Shown: piece after piece, positions 1-9,913 of the stretch | Layout of the letters: every line of letters starts with the position of its first letter | How positions within the stretch are numbered: position 1 is the first letter of the stretch | Origin: Bacteroidia bacterium | Lineage (GTDB): Bacteria; Bacteroidota; Bacteroidia; AKYH767-A; OLB10 | Length of the DNA: 49,420 nt | Direction: 5' to 3' | Assembly (NCBI GenBank): GCA_046160245.1 | Contig: JBJXGU010000322.1 | Span: 1 to 49,420, forward strand | The notes under the pieces: generated by a model | The model's input: only the letters and a program-made list of their open reading frames with translations | The model's database searches: none | Told to the model about the DNA's origin: nothing | Made by a program: the position numbers and the translations under genes

Positions 1-25
1 TTTCGGCTACGCTCAGGGCAAGCAC

Positions 26-419
26 TTTCGCGTCAGTGTAGAACTGCGAAGCAAAATCTTCATTTATGCAATTCGAGTATTAGCGAATCCGCGTATTCGT
101 AATTCGTAAATTCGTATCGATTCGTAATTCGTAACCCTAGTAGAACTGCGAAGCAAAATTTTAGTCATTGTATTTCGCATCTTTCGCATTTTCGTGTTTA
201 TTCGCATTTCGCGTCAGTGTAGAACTGCGAAGCAAAATCATTCTCTATACAATTCGAGTATTAGCGAATCCGCGTATTCGTAATTCGTAAATTCGTATCG
301 ATTCGTAATTCGTAACCAAAGTAGAAATACGAAGCAAAATTTTAGTCCTTACAATTCGCGAATTAGCGTATCCGCGTATTCGTAATTCGTACATTCGTAT
401 CGATTCGTAATTCGTAACC
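26..419. repeat. Composite tandem repeat. Two near-identical 111-bp copies (26-136, 207-317), one diverged copy (321-419) and one partial unit (140-217). Each unit starts with the 20-mer GTAGAACTGCGAAGCAAAAT and most end in five ATTCGTA heptamers.
   Basis: Direct alignment at offset 181: 26-136 vs 207-317 differ at only 5 positions, all within 59-68. The 20-mer core sits at 38-57, 140-159, 219-238 and 321-340 (variant). ATTCGTA occurs at 95, 102, 110, 120 and 127. The array reaches the window edge and may continue upstream. Confidence 0.9.
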
Positions 420-437
420 AAAAAATTTCTCCCGAAG

Positions 438-917
438 CTATATCTTACTTATCAAGCAAACTGCGTATGCCGCGATCCCTTCCTCTCTGCCCACGTAACC
501 CATCTTCTCGTTGGTAGTAGCCTTGATGCTGATATCGTCCAACTCCACCTTTAAAATCGGTGCTAGAGTGTTAATCATTTCATCAATGTAAGGGTTGATT
601 TTTGGTTTTTCTAAAACGAGAGAGACATCTACGTTTCCGATGGTATATCCTTTCTCTGAAATTAAATCGACAACTCGCTCTAATAAAATTTTACTGTCGA
701 TGCCTTTAAATTCAGCGGAAGTATCGGGAAAATAAAAACCAATATCTTTTAATCCAGCAGCACCTAAAAGCGCATCGCAAATCGCATGTATAAGTGCATC
801 CGCATCCGAATGACCTAAGGCACCTTTTGAATGTGGAATTTTTACGCCACCAATATAAAAGTCGCGACCTTCTTGCAGCTGGTGGACATCAAATCCGAAT
901 CCAACTTTAATTTTCAT
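438..917 (-). CDS. ispF: 2-C-methyl-D-erythritol 2,4-cyclodiphosphate synthase
   Basis: 159 aa. N-terminal GFGFDVHQL and HSDADALIHAICDALLGA motifs are typical of IspF, and the length is right. Confidence 0.95.
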   Translation of the reverse strand: MKIKVGFGFDVHQLQEGRDFYIGGVKIPHSKGALGHSDADALIHAICDALLGAAGLKDIGFYFPDTSAEFKGIDSKILLERVVDLISEKGYTIGNVDVSLVLEKPKINPYIDEMINTLAPILKVELDDISIKATTNEKMGYVGREEGIAAYAVCLISKI

Positions 918-938
918 AGTGTATCTTAGGCTGAGAAA

Positions 939-2141
939 TTATTCTCCAGATTCTTCTTTGGTGGCTTTATCACCATTGAAATCAAAAGTAATGGTGAAAT
1001 GCAATGTGTTTTCAAGTGGATTTCTTTGATCGGTTGGGATCAAATAAGCCAAATCAATTCCAAATACATTGTAACGTAAACCAGCACCTAAAGTGAAGTA
1101 TTTTCTATTTCCCTTGAATTTGTTCTCATTAAAATAACCGGCACGGAAAGCGAATTGTTTGTCGTACCAATATTCCATACCAAACGCAATATTCACTTCT
1201 CTTAACTCTTCTTTGCCACCGTCAGGAGCATCGTTAAAAGATTGGAAGATACCTTGTGCAACACTTACATCAGGATCTTGTCCGTAAAGAATAATATCGT
1301 CAGCGCTATTGGCTGTATCTTGTGTGTAGATGGGTGGAGTAGGTACCAATAATTTGTTAAAATCTAACATGAATCCAAGATCATTGTACTCATTAAGTTT
1401 TAATCTCAAACCTGGACCAATACGAAGATTGGTTGGTATAAAGTTTTTTACGCCTGATTCCGTGTAAGAAATCTTTGCGCCAATATTAGAAATATTTAAT
1501 CCGCTTGTAAAAATCGCATCTTTTCCACCTACTTCAATTTCTTTTTGGAAAAATACAGAAACGTCAGCAGCAGCTGTGTTACCCGCTTTAGAATCCTGTC
1601 CTTCTACTTGTGTTCCACCAGTTAAGTTGGAATGTACAAAGCGTAAAGCAATACCACCTGAAAAATATTCACTCAGTTTACGAGAGTAGGCAACGTCAAA
1701 TGCAAATTCATTGGGTTTAAAATCACGAATGGTATTTCCATTTTGATCAGTAAACGTAATATTTCCTAAGGAGAAGTAGCGGAGTGAAGCTCCAATAGCT
1801 TGTTCACCTTTCAACTTTGTATAAAATGAAAGATAGCTAATGAACATATCGTTCACTAAATTTCTAAGCCATGGCGTGTAAGATAAACCAAATGCCATTT
1901 TGTTTTCTGCAAAAGCTAGTTTTGCAGGATTCCAATGGATGCTATTAACATCAGCAGTAGAGGATACTCCTAAATCACCCATTCCGCCGGCACGAGCATC
2001 TGGAGAAATCAATAAAAAAGGTACAGCCGTTGTAATGGTGTTGATCTGACCTAATAAATTAGAGTTTTGACCAGATACATTCAATACTGATAACAGTAAA
2101 AATACCGGTATGAAGCTAGATTTTTTAAGAAATTTATTCAT
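939..2141 (-). CDS. porV: T9SS outer-membrane channel/shuttle protein PorV (LptO)
   Basis: 400 aa with a signal peptide. FadL-like barrel with the ARAGGMGDLGVS...WNPAKLAF N-terminal motif. Lies immediately downstream of porU, the arrangement known from Flavobacterium johnsoniae. Confidence 0.85.
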   Translation of the reverse strand: MNKFLKKSSFIPVFLLLSVLNVSGQNSNLLGQINTITTAVPFLLISPDARAGGMGDLGVSSTADVNSIHWNPAKLAFAENKMAFGLSYTPWLRNLVNDMFISYLSFYTKLKGEQAIGASLRYFSLGNITFTDQNGNTIRDFKPNEFAFDVAYSRKLSEYFSGGIALRFVHSNLTGGTQVEGQDSKAGNTAAADVSVFFQKEIEVGGKDAIFTSGLNISNIGAKISYTESGVKNFIPTNLRIGPGLRLKLNEYNDLGFMLDFNKLLVPTPPIYTQDTANSADDIILYGQDPDVSVAQGIFQSFNDAPDGGKEELREVNIAFGMEYWYDKQFAFRAGYFNENKFKGNRKYFTLGAGLRYNVFGIDLAYLIPTDQRNPLENTLHFTITFDFNGDKATKEESGE

Positions 2142-2203
2142 CGTTTTTGTTTTTCTCCTTTCAGATTCAGTGTATTAAGCCTACCGTTCGTTAAGTTCGA
2201 TGG

Positions 2204-2211
2204 CAAATATA
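2204..2211 (-). promoter_or_regulatory. Candidate Bacteroidota sigma-A -7 box (TATATTTG on the minus strand) upstream of porV
   Basis: Plus strand reads CAAATATA, which is TAnnTTTG on the minus strand. About 63 nt upstream of the porV start. Confidence 0.4.
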
Positions 2212-2246
2212 ACGAAAAGAAGAAGGATTTTGTTTCGTTTTGAGGC

Positions 2247-5200
2247 TTACCTAAGTAAAACTAATTTTTCTGTTTTTTGAGCAGTTTCACCTTCCGCCGT
2301 TCTGATTATCAATCGATACACATATACTCCTTTGGCCAGTTGATCACCAAAATCGTCCTTTCCATCCCAAGAAATAGCAACATTTCTAAACCCTTCGCAA
2401 ACTTGATAAGCATCGATTGTCTTTACAAGTTTACCACTTACCGTATATATATGAACCTGAATAGCCATGCCTGTACAAGGTCGGTTGTGCTCGAACATGA
2501 ATTGAGTATGGGTGGTAAAGGGATTAGGGTAATTGAGTACGTGGTCTAAAGCCAGGCCGGCCGAAGAACTCACAACAAATTCAGTTGTAGATTCAGAAGA
2601 ATTGTTGTTGATATCCCAAGCTTTGAACAATACAGTATGTACTCCTTCCGACAAAGTATTTAATGGAAATAATACTCTCCCTTTTTGATAAGAATCTAAA
2701 TCCGATTCATAAAAATCGTTGAGGACAAATAACTGTTGCGGCTTCCCGTCTATTTGAACGGTGATATCATGTCCAATTCCATTTCCTACAGTGTTGATTC
2801 CACTGGAGTCAAAGAGAATCGCGTATACGTTAGGATCTGCATTGGTTATGCTTCCGTAAATAAAATTCTCGTCGTTCATGTACAGTTTAATTTGAGGACC
2901 GTCATTATCGCTGAGCGCATTACTGGAAACTCCCCCAATAGTAAAATTCTCGTTTAATCCATGAGCATCTTCTCCATTACCATTTGCATAATAACTCAAT
3001 CTGCCTTTTCCATATTGTACAGAGATGTCTTTAGGGACAATAAAAGAACAACTGAATACACCGTTTACAACACTTGCTTTTCCTTTGTATAATATATTTT
3101 TTCTCAAATTGAAACTGTCAGGCAAACTGATATCATCACCCGTAGCATCATTTACCTGGTTGTAAATTTTACTGGTTTTATCATAAACAGTAGGATACAC
3201 AACTCCGTTAAATCCGGTCAGTACATTTCCTGAAATATCGGTTATTTTTCCTTGTACTGTAATTTTGTTGAGTGCTGAAATAGTGTCAACAGCAATCCCG
3301 GTAGAGGATTCAGTAATGGATTCTGTAGTAATAAGATGTTTGGGATACGCTAGTCGTAATGCAGGGTCGCCTAATAAGGTAACGTTTCGATTGGATGGAT
3401 TGTCTCTCTTGGAAAGTCGAATGATATCTCCTACACGTGGCATCTCTCCATTGATAGGTTGAAACAAATGTACCATCATATCGGAATTGATAAGTTCATT
3501 GTCGATAGCAAATGCTAAACGTACCGTTGTAAACAAACAAATTCCTCCACCAGTTGAGTTGAGAAGTACAAATTCTCCTGCTGATGTTCGCAATGGATCG
3601 TCATATCGACTAAACTCACAAGTAGCTGTAATGAAAGCAGGCATGTTGTTTACGTTCTGCCATTTATTAATCATGTCATTGTTTAATATGGTTTCTGACG
3701 CCCATCCTAACTCACCACCATGCCCGGTGTAATTCATTAATAGAGCACCTTTTTCAACGCGTTTAGTAATTGCATCATTTACTTCCGGATAACGTAGTCC
3801 GCCGGGTGTAGAAATTTGTTGATAAGAGTCTGAATATATTTTATCTACATTATATACAGGTTTGTTTTGTTGAACAATGGCAGCAATTCGTTCGCTTTGT
3901 CTTTGATGTAAATTACGATCTTGATCGTCTGCAATAAAACATAAAGCATTTCTCCAATCACCTAGTCGACTACTATTGGATCCCGCACATAAATTTTGAT
4001 CATTCGTTAAGCCGGGTGTCGAGTAAGTAATTACTTTATTAACCATATTCTTGGTCTCCTCTAGCGAACGAACAGGTAGTCTTCCAACACCGACATCCGC
4101 CAACTCCGAACCTATTAACTGCCCTTCATTGGGATCAAGCATGGCAAAGAAATCGTCGGATGTATACGAAACTAATTGTGAAATGGAATTATCACTTTGA
4201 TAGCAAGGTATATAATTAGTATTGTTGCTAATTCTGTATTTTGGATCAAATGAACCATCACCAATCAATAAAACATAGCGAGGTAGTTCTGCAGGGATAG
4301 TTGCTTTTTCATAAAACATTCGAATGAAATCGCGCAATGCACTTACATCTTGAGCGCCACTTGAAAATTCATTGTAAATTTGATTGGTAGTAACAACAAC
4401 GCTACTGAGATTATCGTAATCAGTATGAAATTTTGCTAACCTTTCAGCTTCACTTAAGAAATTAGGATGTGTAATAATGATGTACTCAGCTTGTGGTAAT
4501 CCATGTAAATTTTGATTGGAAATTTTAACCGCATTGATGGGATATTTAACTTCATTATTATTAAATACTATATAATCAATACTTTCATTAGGAGAAATGG
4601 ATTGAATAAATTCGATTCGATTTCCAGTAAAAGAATACTGTTGAGATTTGACATCATTATGATTCTTTAAACACCAGATTTTCAAATTCGGACCCGTATT
4701 ATTAATGGTGTATTTACGATTTACACCAATATTATTCGTGTCTCGATCTCTAAAGAATAATCCATTACCCGAAAAGGTCAAACTTCTTGGAACATTTAAT
4801 GAAATAAAGTCGAGCCACCCAGTTGAAGTAGCATTGTACGGCAGATAATTGTAATCTAAATTTATAGTTGAACCAGTAGCAACAAAGTTGGAATTTTGGA
4901 CAGAAGCGCGTGCGAAGTCATCGGTATAACTGGTACCCACGTTCGTTACATTATGCGAAAGTATGGTAGCATTGTTATAGATTACATTAAAACTACTAGA
5001 AGAAAAAAAGGAAGTTGCCGTTCTTGAAATTACACTCGACTTTAATTTAGCCGTACCGGGAATTAAATTTGGAAAATTAAAACTGAATTGCTGGTTTAAA
5101 ACTAAATCAAATGTTTCGCCATACCATTCTTTTCCTGACTTAGTGAAATTTTTTAAATCAGATTCATAGAAAGCTGTCTCTGTAAAACTAGTTACATTTA

Positions 5201-6167
5201 CTTCATTACCCGTACTCGTTAAATTAGCTTGATTTTGAATTCGCTTTCCGGGATTCGAGTTGTCAATGGTGATGAAATAGTATGTAGTGTCACTGTAATA
5301 ATTCTTTAAATGGACATATTGTTTCTCTGTGTTGTTGTAATTCCAGCGATCGGGTCCTTGTCCGTAAAAAAGAAAATAATCCACCCCATTGAAAGTACCA
5401 TCTTGGTTTTGATCTATCATTTCAATAGCACATTCCTGTAGGTCATCTAACCTAGGTGCACTATTTAGTTGTGGCAACATCCCGCCTCCATTACCATATA
5501 AACGGATATTGGAAAGGGTAGCAGATGAAACATCGATCCCCATTTTATTCAAAAACTCAAAGTCTACTTTGTAAATTCCATCGTTTAAAACTGCAATCCG
5601 ATACCAATCTCCGGTCGATAAAACCGAATTTGTAGCAAAAGAGGCGGTTGAAAGACCTTTTTTTCCTGTTTCAGATGGACCTTTTGTAATATTTAATTGG
5701 AAAGAAACCAGCTTTTCAATCTTTCCTGAACTTGTGTTTTTTCGAAACGGAAGGATATATATTAGGCTCTTGTTTTGCTTTTTTTCGGTCGCTTCTAAGA
5801 TTGAAATTTTCGGTGCGTCGCCTGTAATTTCTTTCGCTAAAATGCTTTCTAATGCATTCAAAGAAACATAGGAGGCATTGATTATATCAACCTTTAAAAT
5901 ATTGCCTTCTAATTGTTTATGATAAAAAGGAAGTTTACTTTCTTCTAATAAATAATGAGCACCGCTAAAGCCCAATCGATATTCGCCTTCTTGTACAGTT
6001 TGAACTTCTGACCAGGTAATTGTCGTTGTTTCTACTTTTTGACTGTAGGATTCCAAGGGTAGAATTCCTACTAAAATAGTAGCCACGATGCATTTAATTC
6101 TTTCGTTGAAGAACCTGAGATTCAACTTTTCCACCTTTCTTCGTAAGGAATGTTTGTCTTTGATCAT
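2247..6167 (-). CDS. porU: T9SS C-terminal signal peptidase/sortase PorU (peptidase C25-like)
   Basis: 1306 aa with an N-terminal signal. Gingipain-like central region, C-terminal T9SS sorting domain (LNYPNPFTTHTQFMF...KLVLLR), and porV directly downstream. Confidence 0.85.
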   Translation of the reverse strand: MIKDKHSLRRKVEKLNLRFFNERIKCIVATILVGILPLESYSQKVETTTITWSEVQTVQEGEYRLGFSGAHYLLEESKLPFYHKQLEGNILKVDIINASYVSLNALESILAKEITGDAPKISILEATEKKQNKSLIYILPFRKNTSSGKIEKLVSFQLNITKGPSETGKKGLSTASFATNSVLSTGDWYRIAVLNDGIYKVDFEFLNKMGIDVSSATLSNIRLYGNGGGMLPQLNSAPRLDDLQECAIEMIDQNQDGTFNGVDYFLFYGQGPDRWNYNNTEKQYVHLKNYYSDTTYYFITIDNSNPGKRIQNQANLTSTGNEVNVTSFTETAFYESDLKNFTKSGKEWYGETFDLVLNQQFSFNFPNLIPGTAKLKSSVISRTATSFFSSSSFNVIYNNATILSHNVTNVGTSYTDDFARASVQNSNFVATGSTINLDYNYLPYNATSTGWLDFISLNVPRSLTFSGNGLFFRDRDTNNIGVNRKYTINNTGPNLKIWCLKNHNDVKSQQYSFTGNRIEFIQSISPNESIDYIVFNNNEVKYPINAVKISNQNLHGLPQAEYIIITHPNFLSEAERLAKFHTDYDNLSSVVVTTNQIYNEFSSGAQDVSALRDFIRMFYEKATIPAELPRYVLLIGDGSFDPKYRISNNTNYIPCYQSDNSISQLVSYTSDDFFAMLDPNEGQLIGSELADVGVGRLPVRSLEETKNMVNKVITYSTPGLTNDQNLCAGSNSSRLGDWRNALCFIADDQDRNLHQRQSERIAAIVQQNKPVYNVDKIYSDSYQQISTPGGLRYPEVNDAITKRVEKGALLMNYTGHGGELGWASETILNNDMINKWQNVNNMPAFITATCEFSRYDDPLRTSAGEFVLLNSTGGGICLFTTVRLAFAIDNELINSDMMVHLFQPINGEMPRVGDIIRLSKRDNPSNRNVTLLGDPALRLAYPKHLITTESITESSTGIAVDTISALNKITVQGKITDISGNVLTGFNGVVYPTVYDKTSKIYNQVNDATGDDISLPDSFNLRKNILYKGKASVVNGVFSCSFIVPKDISVQYGKGRLSYYANGNGEDAHGLNENFTIGGVSSNALSDNDGPQIKLYMNDENFIYGSITNADPNVYAILFDSSGINTVGNGIGHDITVQIDGKPQQLFVLNDFYESDLDSYQKGRVLFPLNTLSEGVHTVLFKAWDINNNSSESTTEFVVSSSAGLALDHVLNYPNPFTTHTQFMFEHNRPCTGMAIQVHIYTVSGKLVKTIDAYQVCEGFRNVAISWDGKDDFGDQLAKGVYVYRLIIRTAEGETAQKTEKLVLLR

Positions 6168-6337
6168 TTAATATTCTTAAAAAATTTAAATTTGTGCTGT
6201 ATCTAACAACGGATTTTGCATCTTTGATGTTTGGTATGTGGCCCATTAGGAACGTCCACCAAAAACAATTATTGCAGAACTCATGCGTTGAAATCGAAAC
6301 AAAAATAGATTTCTTCGTATAAATATTCGTAAAAGAT

Positions 6338-7354
6338 TTGAATATGTTTAAACGCGTCCTCTTGTGTATCATGTTTGCAACTTGCCTTTCGGCTGATGCA
6401 CAGGATCCTCAATTCACTCAGTTCTATGCGAACCCGCTTTATTTGAATCCTGCTTTTGCAGGGTCAACACGTTGTCCGCGAATTAATATCAATTATAGAA
6501 ATCAATGGCCAGCCTTAAAGGAAACCTATATTACTTCAAGCGCTAGTTACGACCAGCATTTTGAAGGAATCAATGGTGGTATTGGTTTGATGTTTTTAAA
6601 TGATAAAGCCGGTGAAGGTGTGTTTGTTACGAATAATATTAGTGGTATGTATGCATATCAGCTTAATGTAAATCGTAAGTTTTCTATGCGATTTGGTTTA
6701 CAAGCGACATATGTTCAAAAGCGTCTGGATTTTAGTAAGTTAACCTTTGGTGATATGATCGATCCACGTTATGGCTTCGTTTATAATACCCAAGAAGTTC
6801 GTCCAACAGAAACCAGAAATTATATGGATTTTAGTGGTGGCGTATTGGCTTATACCAACACCGTTTATGGAGGAATCGCAGTAAATCATTTAACCGAGCC
6901 CGATGAGGCTTTTATTGTGAAAGGAACTTCAAAATTACCTCGTAAATATACAGCTCACTTTGGTGCCATGTTGCCCGTAGGTGATTCTTATGGACGTGGT
7001 TCTCGTGGACGAATTAATCGTGATGAAGGTACTTTTATTTCACCTAATGTATTGTATCAGCAACAAGGATCCTTCAATCAAATTAATATCGGTATGTACA
7101 TCCTCCACTCGCCAATTGTGGGTGGATTATGGTACCGCGGTAACTTCGGCAACAAAAATTTCTTGTCAAGCGACAGTTTTATTGCATTAGTTGGATTGCA
7201 AAAAGGAGTCTTCAAATTTGGGTATAGCTATGACGTAACTGTCTCAGCACTAAGTAATGCCACCGGTGGTTCGCATGAGTTAAGTGTTGGATTTCAGTTC
7301 GAATGCCGACCTAAGAAGAAGAGATTCCGAGCAATAAGTTGCCCTAGTTTTTAG
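6338..7354 (+). CDS. T9SS membrane protein, PorP/SprF family
   Basis: 338 aa. Signal peptide followed by the QDPQFTQFYANPLYLNPAFAG signature of PorP/SprF barrels. Divergent from porU. Confidence 0.85.
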   Translation: MNMFKRVLLCIMFATCLSADAQDPQFTQFYANPLYLNPAFAGSTRCPRININYRNQWPALKETYITSSASYDQHFEGINGGIGLMFLNDKAGEGVFVTNNISGMYAYQLNVNRKFSMRFGLQATYVQKRLDFSKLTFGDMIDPRYGFVYNTQEVRPTETRNYMDFSGGVLAYTNTVYGGIAVNHLTEPDEAFIVKGTSKLPRKYTAHFGAMLPVGDSYGRGSRGRINRDEGTFISPNVLYQQQGSFNQINIGMYILHSPIVGGLWYRGNFGNKNFLSSDSFIALVGLQKGVFKFGYSYDVTVSALSNATGGSHELSVGFQFECRPKKKRFRAISCPSF

Positions 7355-7392
7355 TTATTTCGCATATTTGTCATCCCAAACATAAAAGACAC

Positions 7393-8835
7393 ATGAAGAT
7401 TAAGAATCAATTGCTTCCCCTCCTTGGACTGGCGACGTTGTTTTTTTCAGCTTGTAATAACTACGACAAATCCGGCTCAACAGGATGGAATTATAATGAT
7501 GAGCGCAATGGAGGATTTGAAGTCGTTCCTTATTTAGAGCAAGAAACCGGACCTGGATTAGTACTCATTGAAGGGGGAACCTTTGTAATGGGTCGTACCG
7601 AACAAGATGTTATTCAGGATTGGGATAATATGCCTCGTCGTGTAACTGTATCTTCCTATTATTTAGATGAAACAGAGGTTTCTAATACTTACTGGTTAGA
7701 ATATCTGTATTGGTTAGGACGCGTATTCGCTACTGATTATCCTGAAGTTCAACGTAAAGCTTTACCCGATACACTCGTTTGGCGTGATCGTTTAGCTTTC
7801 AATGAGCCTTATGTAGAATTATATCTTCGTCATCCTGCCTTCCAAGATTATCCTGTTGTAGGGGTAAATTGGTTGCAGTGTAACGACTTCTGTGCTTGGC
7901 GTACCGATCGTGTAAATGAGCAGATTTTAATTCGTGAAGGTATCCTACGTGTTAATCCTGCTCAAGTAAATGAAGATAACTTTAATACCGATGCTTATTT
8001 CGCAGGTCAATATGAGGGTCTTGTAAAAAGTCCACTTGAAGATTTGAATCCAAATATCGATACTCGTAAAGTAAGAATGGAAGATGGTATTCTTTTACCT
8101 AGATACCGTCTCCCAACTGAAGCAGAGTGGGAGTTTGCATCGTTAGCCTTAATTGGAAATACTGTTTTTGAAAACGTGAATGAGCGTAAACTTTATCCTT
8201 GGAGCGGCCATGGCGTTCGTAATTCTGAAGATAAATGGCAAGGCGAAATGTTGGCTAACTTTAAGCGTGGCCGAGGTGATAATATGGGAGTATCTGGTAA
8301 GTTGAATGATAATGCCGATATCACTGCTCCTGTTTATTCTTACGTGCCAAACGATTATGGTTTATATAATATGGGTGGTAACGTAGCAGAGTGGGTGATG
8401 GATGTGTTTCGTCCTTTGTCTCATGAAGATAAAACCGATTTCCGCTCCTTCCGTGGAAACGTGTATGATACTCAAGTAACTGACGAAGAAGGTTCAATTG
8501 CTGAAAAAGACACATTGGGAAGAATCATGAAACGCGATGTTACAGAGCAAGAAGCTTCTACTCGTAGAAACTATCAGAAAGCAGACAATATCAATTACAT
8601 TGATGGTGATGAGCCGGATTATGCTACATATAATAGCGGCAGTGCAACATTGGTGGATGACAGAGCTCGTGTAATTAAAGGTGGATCATGGAAAGATCGC
8701 GCTTATTATCTGACTCCAGGTTCTCGTCGCTTTTTGGATCAAGAACAATCTACTGATTGGTTAGGCTTCCGTTGTGCCATGGCTCGTGTAGGTAGTCCCA
8801 TTGGATTAGGTGGAAAGAAAACAAGTAAGCGTTAA
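7393..8835 (+). CDS. gldJ: Gliding motility lipoprotein GldJ (SUMF1/FGE-like fold)
   Basis: 480 aa. Lipobox LFFSAC and sulfatase-modifying-factor-like motifs (GGSWKD, RLPTEAEWEFA). Sits beside porU/porV as in F. johnsoniae. Shorter than the F. johnsoniae protein as I recall it, so a GldJ paralogue cannot be excluded. Confidence 0.75.
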   Translation: MKIKNQLLPLLGLATLFFSACNNYDKSGSTGWNYNDERNGGFEVVPYLEQETGPGLVLIEGGTFVMGRTEQDVIQDWDNMPRRVTVSSYYLDETEVSNTYWLEYLYWLGRVFATDYPEVQRKALPDTLVWRDRLAFNEPYVELYLRHPAFQDYPVVGVNWLQCNDFCAWRTDRVNEQILIREGILRVNPAQVNEDNFNTDAYFAGQYEGLVKSPLEDLNPNIDTRKVRMEDGILLPRYRLPTEAEWEFASLALIGNTVFENVNERKLYPWSGHGVRNSEDKWQGEMLANFKRGRGDNMGVSGKLNDNADITAPVYSYVPNDYGLYNMGGNVAEWVMDVFRPLSHEDKTDFRSFRGNVYDTQVTDEEGSIAEKDTLGRIMKRDVTEQEASTRRNYQKADNINYIDGDEPDYATYNSGSATLVDDRARVIKGGSWKDRAYYLTPGSRRFLDQEQSTDWLGFRCAMARVGSPIGLGGKKTSKR

Positions 8836-8857
8836 GCTGCTAAAAAAATAAATGAAG

Positions 8858-8890
8858 AGAGGCTTCCCAATTTGGTGAGCCTCTTTTTTT
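8858..8890 (+). terminator. Rho-independent terminator after gldJ
   Basis: Stem AGAGGC (8858-8863) pairs with GCCTCT (8879-8884), followed by a T-run to 8890. Confidence 0.7.
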
Positions 8891-8973
8891 ATGTCCTAAG
8901 TTCTTGAACGTTGCCTGTTGAATAATTTAATGATTCTCCTAATTTCTTTCAGCCAATTCAATTTTTTTTCCAA

Positions 8974-8981
8974 TAAGTTTG
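8974..8981 (+). promoter_or_regulatory. Candidate -7 box TAAGTTTG
   Basis: Perfect TAnnTTTG 13 nt upstream of the ATG at 8994. It argues against the TTG start at 8979 given in the ORF track. Confidence 0.45.
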
Positions 8982-8993
8982 CAAGTAAGAACC

Positions 8994-9206
8994 ATGTCGA
9001 AGTATTATCTCTTAAAAATTCAAGGCAAAGCTAAAATTCCTGATTATGTTCAATTGAGAGATGAACAATTCACATTGTTGGCCTATTTTCGATTAGATCG
9101 ACCTGAAAAAGCACTGGCGAAAATTGGTTTGGAAGCAGAAGAAGCTCGAATGCTTGAATTCTTAGCAAGTATTCCATTCGGTAAAGTCACTGAATGGAAT
9201 TTGTAA
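8994..9206 (+). CDS. Small hypothetical protein (70 aa) upstream of ftsE
   Basis: ORF with an ATG just downstream of a TAnnTTTG box, 13 nt before ftsE. No family recognised. Confidence 0.4.
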   Translation: MSKYYLLKIQGKAKIPDYVQLRDEQFTLLAYFRLDRPEKALAKIGLEAEEARMLEFLASIPFGKVTEWNL

Positions 9207-9219
9207 ATGGAAAGGATAA

Positions 9220-9906
9220 ATGGAAGATAAAGAAATGTCAGATACTATTATTGATCTTAGAAATGTAAATGTGTTTCATAAGAAAAATCTTTTGTTGAAC
9301 AATGTGAATTTGAATGTTCAGCGAGGTGAATTTGTGTATCTCATCGGTAAAACCGGAACCGGAAAAAGTTCAATCATGAGTTTGTTGTATGGAGAATTAC
9401 CCATGCCCCAAGGCGAAGGATTTGTAGCCGGATTCGAATTGCATAATTTAAAGATGAGCGATATTCCGAAATTAAGAAGGAAGCTGGGAATTATTTTTCA
9501 AGATTTTCAACTGCTAACCGACCGCTCTGCCAAGGAGAATTTGATGTTTTATTTGAAAGCAACAGGTTGGAACGATAAGAAGAAAATGGAGGAAAGGGTG
9601 AGTGAGGTCTTGGGAAAAGTAGGTTTAAGTACGAAAGGATTTAAAATGCCCTATGAATTATCGGGTGGTGAACAGCAACGATTGGTTATTGCACGTGCAC
9701 TCTTGAATGACCCCGATTTAATTTTAGCGGATGAGCCCACCGGAAATCTTGATCCAGAAACGAGTAATGAAATTATGAATTTACTTTTTGATATCAGTAG
9801 AAATAGTAGGGCCGTGGTTATGGTAACACATAATTATGGATTGATGGAAAAATTCCCTTCCAGAGTAGTAAAAGTAGATGCCGGAGTTTTAGGGCCGCAT
9901 TCGTAA
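9220..9906 (+). CDS. ftsE: Cell division ABC ATPase FtsE
   Basis: 228 aa. Walker [13 protein letters not shown] signature LSGGEQQR, Walker [13 protein letters not shown]. Confidence 0.85.
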   Translation: MEDKEMSDTIIDLRNVNVFHKKNLLLNNVNLNVQRGEFVYLIGKTGTGKSSIMSLLYGELPMPQGEGFVAGFELHNLKMSDIPKLRRKLGIIFQDFQLLTDRSAKENLMFYLKATGWNDKKKMEERVSEVLGKVGLSTKGFKMPYELSGGEQQRLVIARALLNDPDLILADEPTGNLDPETSNEIMNLLFDISRNSRAVVMVTHNYGLMEKFPSRVVKVDAGVLGPHS

Positions 9907-9913
9907 TGAAATA

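Noticed and set aside
38-340. Possible CRISPR array, because a 20-mer recurs four times
   Set aside because: The spacing is irregular (102, 79 and 102 bp) and the intervening 'spacers' are themselves repeated almost identically. The 20-bp repeat is too short, and no cas genes are in the window. It is a tandem or composite repeat, not a CRISPR.
2277-3732. Four plus-strand ORFs (65-90 aa) antisense to porU
   Set aside because: They are embedded in a 1306-aa ORF with clear PorU features. They are short, lack recognisable motifs and have no promoter boxes, as expected by chance in AT-rich antisense sequence.
6094-6372. 92-aa minus-strand ORF spanning the porU / PorP-SprF divergent region
   Set aside because: It overlaps the starts of both flanking genes and the promoter region, and its sequence is low-complexity. 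Probably spurious.
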